This document shows positions 24,161 to 34,733 of a stretch of 64,000 bases of DNA, one piece after another. The DNA is taken from NCBI GenBank assembly GCA_973895155.1, contig OZ316895.1, positions 6,994,184 to 7,058,183 on the forward strand. The letters are read 5' to 3'. Below the pieces are notes generated by a model. The model had not been told where the DNA came from and ran no database searches. It saw only the letters and a program-made list of their open reading frames with translations. The first letter of the stretch is position 1, and every line of letters starts with the position of its first letter. The stretch is from Marsupella aquatica. Taxonomy: Eukaryota; Plantae; Marchantiophyta. The translations under genes were made by a program, and so were the position numbers.

Positions 24161-25009
24161 ATGGCCTCTAGGAAACATACAAAGGTTGACCACCCGCCTC
24201 TGTTGGCTGGAATCAAAGCCATTTTGATTCCTGGCCACTATGGGTTCACCCAAGTGAGTTGGCCAATCGTACAAAAACGATTCTCAGAGTTCCATGGGAT
24301 TGAAGTCAAGGACATCACTCCACAAACTACACATGTTGTTGCGGGGACATGGCTGGATGTGATGAACAAGTGGTCATGGTCCTTCATTGATTCTGCCATT
24401 ACCAACCAAGGTCTAAAAGTAGTTGAAGTCTCTTGGCTGACCGATTCTGTTAAACATAGGTGTGTACAGAGTACTGAGCAATATGAGTTGTGGGAGAGTG
24501 AGGAGGCCACTGCAGAGGCTTTGGCTGAAAAGGAAGCCTATGAAGCAGCGGCAGAGAAACCCAACTTTGCTTCTGTCCAATATGGACCTGTTGTCAACAT
24601 AGGACACCATCCTATGCGTGCAGATGCTATATTGAATGAGCATGGCAAGGAGAGAAATACCATTATGAAGGGGTTCAGTGTGGTATTTGCAGAAGAAGGA
24701 ATTGGGGAGACTAAGTGCAGACTGTACAAGTCCATAGTTGTTGAGCTAGGTGGGACAGTGGAGGAGAGTCTAACAGAAACCTCCACTCATGTTGTAGGTC
24801 TGTCATACATGAAAATATGCAGAAAATTCTTTAAGACAATAGTGCGTGATTTTGTCATGAACAACAATCTTTGGGTGCTTTCCCCTGATTGGCTTCTGGA
24901 ATCAGCAGCTAGAGGGAAGCGACAGCATGCTTGGGACTTTGATATTTTTGAGGCCTGGCCCTCCAAGATTCAGCGGAGATGTATGCTTAGCAAAGGTGGG
25001 AGAGAGTGA
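24161..25009 (+). CDS. CACTA cargo 3: tandem BRCT domain protein
   Basis: Two repeats with BRCT hallmarks: ...TTHVVA...VVEVSWLTDSV and ...LGGTVEESLTETSTHVV...VLSPDWLLESA. ATG at 24161. Confidence 0.8.
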   Translation: MASRKHTKVDHPPLLAGIKAILIPGHYGFTQVSWPIVQKRFSEFHGIEVKDITPQTTHVVAGTWLDVMNKWSWSFIDSAITNQGLKVVEVSWLTDSVKHRCVQSTEQYELWESEEATAEALAEKEAYEAAAEKPNFASVQYGPVVNIGHHPMRADAILNEHGKERNTIMKGFSVVFAEEGIGETKCRLYKSIVVELGGTVEESLTETSTHVVGLSYMKICRKFFKTIVRDFVMNNNLWVLSPDWLLESAARGKRQHAWDFDIFEAWPSKIQRRCMLSKGGRE

Positions 25010-25185
25010 GGAGTAGGAGTCCCTCATATTTTTGTATAAATCACAATTTTGTAATAAATGTGATCCTTGAACTAACTCATCTTGTCATGGTTGGTCGCAG
25101 TTGAAGTGATTGTTGTTTCCTGCTGCGTCGGGTGTGACTGTGAATCTACTTGCTGGGCTCTGTTTGGTTGAAGACTTTGGTGGGT

Positions 25186-25719
25186 ATGCTGCCTCTTCCA
25201 GACCGTCAGGCCCTATGTAGGGTCCTCCTACGGGTTGCATCGTGCATGGCTACTGCTTGGGCTTACTTGTGTGGATTGGTAACCAGACAGAGTGTAGCTC
25301 CATCCGAGATAATGTCTGCAGACCTTGGATGTGTTGTGAATGCTGTGGTGAATGAGGATGCACAGTCGGAAGAGGACATTTACTTTTCAGCAGATGAGTT
25401 AGACAAGCACGATGCTGTAGGTGGTTCCTTGTTGCCTGATTTGGCAGATGATATAGTTCTTACACATGTCTGGCCGAGGGTTCTTGTGGTGTCTGGCGCA
25501 CAAGATATCTGCAAATATAGACTAATTAGTACCCAGTGGAGGGACTTGGTAGCAACATGTGCACCATGGAGGGCACTGCTGCCACTGCTTGTAGGCACGG
25601 ATCGAAGACCACCATGGCATGAGCAGGGTTTAGACCTTGATGACTTAATGTACATGCCTGAGTACCTCAGGGCTGAGTGCCATCGACAACAGGATTGGTA
25701 TCCGTATTTGATGTGGTAG
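25186..25719 (+). CDS. CACTA cargo 4: small F-box-like protein
   Basis: SLLPDLADDIVLTHVWPRV...YRLISTQWRDLV fits the F-box consensus; no recognisable C-terminal substrate domain. Start codon uncertain. Confidence 0.6.
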   Translation: MLPLPDRQALCRVLLRVASCMATAWAYLCGLVTRQSVAPSEIMSADLGCVVNAVVNEDAQSEEDIYFSADELDKHDAVGGSLLPDLADDIVLTHVWPRVLVVSGAQDICKYRLISTQWRDLVATCAPWRALLPLLVGTDRRPPWHEQGLDLDDLMYMPEYLRAECHRQQDWYPYLMW

Positions 25720-26045
25720 TAAGATGAGAACATCTCACACCGGTCTCACACCTGGCACCTGTGTCTATGACTATACATGATTGGACTCTGATATGGTCAT
25801 GGATGTACGTGCAGAGGCAGTACATGTGAGGACAGCGGAGGAGTTGACACCCTCAAACATTTAGGAATTTTGTCTCATTCACTTGAGAATAGGTACATGA
25901 CTCAGGCACCTATATTTTTTGTTTTTTTGTTTTTTTGGAACGTTACGTATTTTGGCAAGTACAGTCGGGGGTGAAATCCTTAACAGGAAGTGTATTTTTC
26001 ACTTGCATAATAAAATGACAGGGTGCTGAGTGCGTGTGTATAGTG

Positions 26046-29000
26046 ATGGCTCCAAGGTTGCCTCTTCACAACCCATTTAGGATTAGGCATCATGATTCTA
26101 AATTGTGGATGCGTGAACAAGCTCGGGCCGCCCAAGGTAGGAGTAGGAGGATGAGATGCCCATGCACACAGTGCCAAGGATTCAAGTCGTTGAGTTTGAA
26201 CACTGTGCACCTTCACCTGCTGCGGCATGAAAGGCACCCTCGGTGGAGGGTTTGGAATGTACCAGCAGAAGAAGACTCCTCTGATGAAGAGTGGAGAGCT
26301 GACTTTGTGGATTCTAATACAGCTAGGTGTAGAGACTACGTAGAGCAGGACATAGACTGTGCAGAGGATGGTCCTGGGGTCCAACATGAGAACGTGGATG
26401 ACCAAGATGGAGAGGCAGAGGCAGTCACTGAGGACGGTGGGATGGATGTCCCAAGAATGGTTCAAGAGATTTTTGAAGACCTTGATGCTTTTTACGACAC
26501 AGTGGAATCAGAAGAGGACAATGAACCGCAGCCACACATTGGCGACGGCCAAGCTGAACCTGACTTTGACATTGGGGAAGGTGCAGCAAAGAGGGAGTGG
26601 GTGTTTGGGGGCCCAAAACACATCAAAGAAGCTTGCATTCCTATCTACGAGGGGTCGAACTGCTCCAAGCTGGGTTTTGTCGTGTTGTTGTTGAACATCT
26701 GTGGCAATCACAATGTTCCCAATATATTTGTGACAGAGTTGTTGACCTTCCTGCGCCGAAATGTGTTACCAGATGGTAATTCAATTCCAAAAAATATGTA
26801 CGAGGCTAGGAAATTGATGTCTAACCTTGGGCTGAACTATGTGTCTATTGACGCATGCCCTGATGGGTGTGTTCTCTTTCGCAAAGAGCATGCAGATAAA
26901 TTGGCATGCCCTCATTGTGGTAAGCACAGGTACAAGAATGTAGGGAAATGTACACATCCTGCCAAGGTTCTTCGTCATTTTCCTCTCATTCCTAGACTAC
27001 AACGTCTATTTAGATGCCCTGCCATTTCCAAGCTGATGACATGGACTCCTGATAACAAGAGCAGTGATGGCCTGCAGCGTCACATTGGAGATTCCAACCA
27101 TTGGAAATTTGTTGATGAGAGGTGGCCACAGTTTGCTGCAGAGAAGCGGAACTTTCGATTTGGTCTATCACTGGATGGAGTAAACCCATTTGGAGACAAA
27201 AACAACCGTTATTCATGTTGGCCGGTTACGCTGCTAAATTACAACCTTCCCCCATGGATGACTACAAAGAGGTTTTTTGTCATGATGGTGCTGTTAATCC
27301 CTGGACCAGCTTCTATGACCGAGCAATTCATAGATATCATGTTGGCTCCAACAGTGGAAGAGTGGAAGACTTTGTGGATAGAAGGGGTGTTAACCCATGA
27401 TGTTCTGAAGGGGCTTCTTCAACCCAGCCCCTTTAGACTGCATGCAATTTGTTTGCTGGATATAGCAGATTACCCAGGCCATGGCATCATATCTGGACGA
27501 GTGACAAAGGGCTATGTGGGGTGCACACCATGTGGGAAAAATGTGACAAGTGAGTGGTCGCATGCCCTGCACAGTATGAAATTTCAGGGGCATAGAAGGT
27601 ATCTGCCTGTTGATCATCCTTACAGGCACACACGGTCTCAAATTGCACACTTCAACAACAAAACAGAGCTTCGTGGCCCACCACAGAGGGTCACCAGAGA
27701 GCAAGTCCTGAGGTGGGCAGCCAGGAAGGCTGATTGGGATAAGAGAAGTGCCACTGATCGAGAACTTGAGGATCCAGTGGTGAAACACGGTGTGAAAAGA
27801 CAGACCTTGATGGACTTGGAGTTGGAGTACTGGAGGGTAATGTACTTAGCCTCCAGCCCCTGTATGATTGCAATTTTAGATTGGAGCAATGGTGGATTGA
27901 TGTTGGTTACAATCCTCCTCTGTGGTTAATTAGTGTTTCTGTTGTTGAAGTCTTTGCTTTGTGGAGTGCAGGAATTCGAGCCCAGCAAACACAATGTGGA
28001 CGTCATGCACATTGAGAAAAATATTTGTGAGAGCTTGCTGAAGTTCTTGTCGGGTGAGAAAGATACAGGAGCAGTTCGAGCTGATATGCAACAGAAGGGG
28101 ATTCGCCCTCACCTTTGGTTGAAGCCCCATGCAAGCAATCCCAATGTACTTCTCAAGTTCCAAGCTCCCTATGTGTGCACACAGGATGAATGGAAGACAT
28201 TCTTGTATAGATTGAGCTGTCTGAAAGTGCCCTCTGGCTATGCTGGTGCCTTCAAGAAGCATATTACAAAGAATAAACTTGGCAGTATGAAAACACATGA
28301 CTACCATGTGTTGATGCAACACATTCTGCCCCTATGCCTCAGAGGTCTCATGCAGAAACCAGTCCGTAATGTCATTCTTCGACTGTGCAATGTATTTCGC
28401 CGTATATGTGTGAAAGTGTGGGATCCCCAAGGATTGGAGCAGTTGAAGCAGGATGCTGCTTATGTCCTCTGTGACTTGGAGATATACTTCCCCCCTGCTT
28501 TCTTTGATGTTATGACTCATCTCCTAATCCATGTGGTAGAAGAGCTAGGGCAGTATGGGCCAGTCAGTACCAGATGGATGTACCCTATGGAGCGATACAT
28601 GAAGTTGTTGAAAGGTCATGTGAGAACATACTACAGGCCAGAGGCTTCCATGGCATTGGGGTACATTAAGGATGAGACGTTGGGATTCCTAACAGAGTAC
28701 ATGGCTGGGTCTGGTGAAGCTATGACAAGAGTTTGGAAATCTGGTGAAGATGATGGAGTGAGTGGCGAGGTTGTTGAAGGTGTGGCCGGGACGTGCTATT
28801 CAGCTGCCTGTTGCGATTCGAGACAAGGCTCATTCATATGTGCTGGCAAACACAGAGCCTATGCAACCATGGTGGAGGTGAGTGATTGAATTGACTTGCC
28901 TTTGTTGTGATGCTTCTTGTCTGTTCCAAGGGTGATCTTAGGTTGTCATGTGTTGTTTAGACCTAACTATGCCTGTACCTCATATTGCAGGGAATATGAT

Positions 29001-29750
29001 ATGCAAAAAGCTGCACACTCTGGGCAGCAGGATCCCTTCCCACAGTTCGAGCAGTGGATTCGGGTGACAATTCGAGAGCATAGTAGACATCACCCAGATA
29101 TGGAGAAGGATTTGTATCTTCTATCTGTGCCACCACGATTGTCTATTCTGACCTACAAGCGGATGAGAGCTTATGGAAATCATTATCGAGTGAGGGATGA
29201 GCAGGGTGACCATTGTGTATCATATGATTGTGGTTTGATTTCTGTGTTTGAGCAGAGAACCTCTGAAGAACAGAGGGGGTGGATGAAGATGGGTTACGTG
29301 GGGGAGTTGACCGACATTTGGGTGTTGAATTATGGTAACACAAGTGTCCCAGTGATATTGATGAAGGGATCATGGGTGAAATCAGAGTGGCAGAGACCAA
29401 GGGCCACCATGAAGCGTGATCATGATGGGTTCTTGTTGGCCAATTTTAGGTCCAGAGTACCAGAATGGTCTGAGCCTTTTGTTTTCCCTAGCCAAGTTGA
29501 ACAGGCTTTCTTTGCAGATGTGGAGGAGTCACATGGCTGGAGGGTGGTATGCCATAGCCAAGCACGGAATAGGCGGATGGATGGAAGTAAAGTAGAGTTC
29601 AGTTTGGATGACCATGCTGCATTCGAGCATCCTAGTCATGAGACTGTACTTCCAACTCGGGCAGGGACTGACTACATCCCCTTAACATTGAGAGAGACAT
29701 ATGATGAACCTGGGCAAATGGAATATGATGAGGTTGATGATTTGCAATAG
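26046..29750 (+). pseudogene. CACTA TnpD/Tnp2 transposase (Transpos_assoc, Transposase_21, DUF4218, DUF4216), two introns, one frameshift
   Basis: RCPCTQC..HLLRH; DACPDGC..CPHCG; LRHFPLIPRLQRLF; DGVNPF..SCWPV..YNLPP; DVMHIEKN; KTHDYH; RWMYPMERYM; EPFVFPSQV. GT-AG introns 27837-27971 and 28878-28990. Frameshift at ~28788: the KAHSYVLAN..PW motif lies in the shifted frame. Confidence 0.9.
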
Positions 29751-29926
29751 GCAACAGCTGGCGATTGGCAAGTATGAGGTTGAGGATGACTACCTGCACA
29801 GAGTCACAGAACGGGAATTGCTGCCTGGAATGATGTTTAGGACAGTTGGATATGCATGAAATTGATTGATACTTTGAATTTAGTGTGCTGATTCCCCTGT
29901 TTGGTTGTGGGTGCTGTGCAGAAGCT

Positions 29927-32900
29927 ATGGGGGAAGAGGGTGATGACATGGAGACAGACATGGGGCTTGGAGAGGGGTGAAGAGGAAAGATTGGATATGG
30001 ATGGAGACCCAGATGCAGGGGGCTCACAGAAAAATGCACCTGTGCAGGATGCACAGGGCCCTCATCAAGTCCCAGGTAGGTGGGCAGCTAGAGAGAAATC
30101 ACATAATCCATACCCTAGAAGGAGCCAGAGTTATTGGCAAGGGACGCCTGATAATTATGATGATGACTATGATGGAGCAGAAGATGGATGGGATGAATAT
30201 GAACACCCAGAGCGTGGTAGAGACGGGTACAGAGGGCAATGGAAAGGTGAGGAGGATGATTGGACAAGTAAGTGCCTTGTGCTAGTGATTTTGTGATGGT
30301 AGTAGAGATTTAGCTCAATATGGACTTATCTGATGTGTAGCTAGGGCAAAGAGTTTATCTTACAGGTCCATGAGTGTGGCATGTACCTGTTGGTATGCAG
30401 ACTCTGATTGGGACAATCACGAAAACAACAAAGGCCATCCACGTTCAGATAGGCGGCAATCATTCACAGGCGGGAGAAACGGCCCTAATTCATCAAGACA
30501 AAGCAATAGGACAGGTGGTCCAGAACCATCTATGCGCCAAGGGAGAGGTAACTTGGTCATTGCAGAATTGCTCTGAATTCCAATGTATATTTGGCAGCAG
30601 GATTTATGATTCATACTTACCTAATGTAAGTGACTGTAAATGGATCCTGTAAATGTGCAGGGACTCCAGGGAGGTTTGGACAATGCAATCCAGGCCGTGG
30701 GGGGAGATCAGGCCGTGGAGGGACCCCAGGCCGTGGGGGGACACCAGGCCGTGGAGGGACACCTAGTAGCGCTTCAGGGAGTACCAAGGCAGGAGACAGT
30801 AACAAATTTGGTAAAGTAGAAGTGAATTCCGAAGGTTGGATAACTCCCACATGTGATGGTAAGAACCGTTGGCATTCTGACCTAAGAGGAGAAGTATTGC
30901 GTTGGTTAGATTTGAGCATTACAGAGTTTAGGAGTCAGAACAAAGCTGATTGGGCTGCTATCTGCAAGGACATTCTTGAACGGTGGGACTATGTTGGTAA
31001 TGATGGTAAGGGCCCAGTTGAAGATTGCATATCAGATTATGCAATGAGGATTTTGAAACAAGAGAGGCATAGGTTGAAAAGGATGTGGATAGACAATGGT
31101 TCTAACAGGAGAATGCCACCACCCCCATCATTGGAACTGGATCAATGGACACGGTTAATCAAAGGGTTCATGTCGGAGGCTGGACAGAGCAAGAGTGAAC
31201 TGATGTCAAATGCTCGAGGCAAAGTGAAACACCTTTCACAGGCTAGGAGAGGAAGTTATGCTCCAGTGAAAGAACAATTGGTAAGGCAGTGACATGCCTG
31301 ATAGTAAGCCTCAAACTTAATCTTGCTACCATTATTACATTTTCATTGACAATCAACACTTGGTTTCATTCATATGTATGTTGATGTGGACTGCAGAAGA
31401 AATTGACAGGTGAAGAACCATCAGCACAAGAAGTGAGAGAGGAGTTCATGAAACAAAGGAGTGAGGTGACAAGTGTGACTTCCAAACAGGTGATTATGTT
31501 GTAATTCTGTATGTTCTGTGACTATTTGGCCTTGAGCATCAGAAAGAAATGTAATAGGAAGTAAGCAACCAGTTCTTGGGGACAGTTATCTGAGATATGT
31601 AAGCTGTGTTATGACAGGGAACTGTTACAACTCTCACAGAGATGTGTGAACAGTTGAAGTCATTAGAGTGTGGACTCCCTCGAGTGGAAAGTAAATTGGC
31701 TGATCGTTTGGATATTGTGGAGGCATCTGTAGCGAACCTTCTTGCATCAGTGGAATCTAATTTCAAGCTTGTGATTGAAAAATTGGGTGGTTCCCAACCA
31801 AACAATGAGGGCAACATTGTACAAAGTGTGCCCTTGTTAACAAAAAAGGGAATTGGCAAATCTGACACAGGTATGGAAATGACACCGGCCCATTGTTCAT
31901 TGTGTCCTATGTTCAAATGTTAGAAGTAAGTTTTCATGAATTGAGTGAATGGTTTGAATGCAGGAAGAGTGGAGGCAGAGAAGGACCCTGTAATCAGTAA
32001 GCAGAAGGGCAAGAAGGTTGCTGAGACAGGTAACCTGCTATGATCCAGTAGATTACATTTGAAAAGTGCATGGAGTTTTGTGAAGCTTAAGCCGGTTGCA
32101 GGTAATCTTTTCTGTAAGAACTGGTTGGATGAACTGGGATCTGAAGTGACATCATGATTGATGTATCAGGTGATTCAAAGAGCAATAATGAAGAAGATGT
32201 GCCCAGTGCCTCAGTGACCATAGCCAAGGAGGTATCAGGTAAGCTGATGCTTTAAATTCCTCTATATGAATGTTGAGCAACAATTCAGTGGTTAATAGAT
32301 TCAACCTGAATATTGTGGTGTGTTTATTGATCAACAGAAGCAGACATGGAGCATATGGCAATGGCAAAGAAGGGGAAGAAGGCTGTTCATAATGGTAAGG
32401 AGATAGTGACAACTTTGTGGTTGGTGACATGTACATTTAGCACATGTGATGAGTGATTGACTTATGTTGGACATGACACTGAATTGTAGTTGATGCAGAG
32501 TTGACAGACTCTCAACCAAGTGGGAGCAGGGTGAAGCGACGTCAAAACTTGGGAGCAACATTGGATGCAAGTAAGATTGTAGATGCTTTAATTGAAGCAA
32601 GTACAATGTTGGCAGATACTGAGATGATGTCGCAGGGAAATCCTGCTACACAATCAGAAGTGTCAAATATGGATGCAGATTCTTTGAAGAAGAGTGTAGC
32701 CAATTCTCGATCACCAGCACAAAACACTCGTGCCAAAGTCATTACTCGCAACCAAGGTATGAATAATGTCATGTATAAGCCACCCAGGAAAGCCAAGAAA
32801 AACAGCCAGGGTAAGGTGGAGGTGATAGCCACAGCAGAGCCAGTCCATAATCTTCTATCATGGGAGGATGACTCGCAGGTATGTGTGGGTACAGGCATTT

Positions 32901-33091
32901 TGCAACCGGATCATGCAAAATTCCATGGCAAAGTGGTCCCGGATGACCATGTAGTAGTGTTGTTGACTACAGTGATTGTATCTGCTTGTAATTTGCCATT
33001 TCCGAATAGAGACGATGATCCACCTCAGGAAATAATTGCAGATGTAGTAGGATCTCTTGTGCTTTGGCCATCAGAGTGTGTTAGTCTGTAG
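29927..33091 (+). CDS. CACTA TnpA-like second gene, multi-exon (boundaries approximate)
   Basis: Exon 30661-31280 has PGRGG repeats and LKQERHRLKRMW..PPP..DQWTRLI..KSELMSNARGKV. Last exon has FHGKVVPDDHVVV..LPFP..VVGSLVLWP (Tnp1/En/Spm-type C-terminus). Several short GT-AG-bounded exons lie between. Confidence 0.7.
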
Positions 33092-33594
33092 TGACTGAAT
33101 GCAAGTGTAGATAGAATCATGTGAATTGTGTCACATTTTGACATTGCCTTGGAAAGATCCAAGAAATATCTGTACCAATTTTTCCATTTGGTAAAGAGGA
33201 TGAAGGAGCCGTTGTGTGTGACATTGATATTTCTGAATTCTGTATGTATGAAACAAGTGATTGATGTCAAACTATGGCTCTATGGTGATTGTCTATGATA
33301 CTTGAATCTGTTTTGTATCATTTCAGTATTAGTGTGTATGGTATAGAGGAATACTTTGTGACCTTCTTTGTAGTCTATGAAGTTTGAATCTGTGAATTCA
33401 TATTAGTGTACATGGTATAGAAGATGGCTTTCTGAAACTATGTATTCTAATGTTAACATGATGAATGGTGAACTTATAGAGTGAGTTCATTCCAAGTACA
33501 CAATAAAACATGAATGCAATATGTTATTTGTGCACAAGAGTGGGTTCATTCCAAGTAGTATAGTGGGGTCTTCATCACTCATATCCAGTTGACA

Positions 33595-33922
33595 TGAAAG
33601 ACTTATACATACCCCACAAAGTATATTTAAAGACTACCCTCCATAACTTTTTTAGTCATTCCCAACGACTCACCATCTCAGCCCATAAAAGACTGAAAAC
33701 GACTCACCAAAGCTACCCACACAAAGACTAAAATAGACTGAAAATCCAGTCTATTAAACGACTTATAAACCAGTTCTATAAAGGACTCAGTTGATTATAG
33801 TAACAAAACATACGACTCGCAGTCCTATAAAGGACTGGAGTCCTTCCCAGTCGTTTCCAAGTCCTATACGGTACTGAATAGTCGTTTAATGGGGTCTAAA
33901 TACCCCCCGGTTTCTACTAGTG
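33595..33922. repeat. CACTA right subterminal repeats and TIR
   Basis: Many AAAGACT/ACGACT/AGGACT motifs in both orientations, ending ggtctaaataccccccggtttctactagtg. Confidence 0.85.
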
Positions 33923-34370
33923 TTGTATGGCAAGTGCATGATATGACTCAGTCAGAAGGAGTCATTTTGCTATTTGTGTGTCGCATTAACTTGTGTGAAG
34001 AGTGCCCACATCAACTAATAGATGAAGGAAAGTAAGCAAGGGAGTGAGAGTTGGATGTGTCGAGCTGAGAGAGGTCTTAGCAGCTTAACCAAGCCTATTG
34101 GGGATCATTCCGGCGGCGGAATCCAAATATACCTAACAAGAAGGAGGGGAAGACAAGGGAAGGCCTAGATTAGGCCGGCTACGTATCTCATGACCCGATG
34201 AAGGATCTGTCCAGTATATGTGTGTAAAATGTTAATAGTAGTAGTAGAAGGAGGTTAGCAGCGTCCCATGCCACTAAGCTGCGACAACGGCCTCGCCAAG
34301 CGCGAAACCTGCGGGAATCGGCTTGTGAAGGGGGGTTTCTGGGGTTTAGGGAGCCATGGGACGCACCACA

Positions 34371-34475
34371 AGAATCCTAATAGCATCCCTCCACGTTCCC
34401 GTCATACGATAACAAACAATTTTAGTAGGAGTAAATACATATTTGTCGTGTAAATCGTTTGATAAGCAGGTGACA
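34371..34475 (+). repeat. E1 5' LTR, right part
   Basis: Matches 46508-46612 and ends ...aggtgaca. Confidence 0.88.
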
Positions 34476-34494
34476 TAAGTGTGGTCCTTGTTTT

Positions 34495-34512
34495 TGGCGC
34501 CGCTGCCGGGGA
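34495..34512 (+). promoter_or_regulatory. Primer-binding site of E1
   Basis: TGGCGCCGCTGCCGGGGA, 19 nt after the LTR end. Confidence 0.8.
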
Positions 34513-34733
34513 GCCTTCTCCTTGTTTGGTTGTAGGAGGAGGGGAGCTACGTCTATTTGGAGTTCAAGCGTATCAACCACAACACAACTTGCGATGGTTG
34601 ATACGTGAGAAGTTTTTTCTTGGTTACTCTGTTATTTTATGTCAACCACAACGCAACTTGCGACGGTTGATGTTTGAGGAAGATTTTTTTGTGATATTGT
34701 TTTTCGTGAGCTTGGCATGCAGGTCTCAATGGG

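Larger units (their letters stand above)
3884..33922 (+). mobile_element. CACTA (En/Spm) DNA transposon with cargo genes; ~16 kb once the nested E3/A2 is removed
   Basis: TIR CACTAGTAGAAACCGGGG at both ends; 3-bp TSD TTG (3881-3883, 33923-33925); TnpD- and TnpA-like genes inside. Confidence 0.95.
2099..34370 (+). mobile_element. A1: copy 1 of the TG...CA solo-LTR-like coding unit (internally deleted, split by the CACTA element)
   Basis: Starts TGTGATGCC and ends GCACCACA; AGAAT flanks both ends (2094-2098, 34371-34375). Segments 2099-3883 and 33926-34370 align with A2. Confidence 0.9.
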
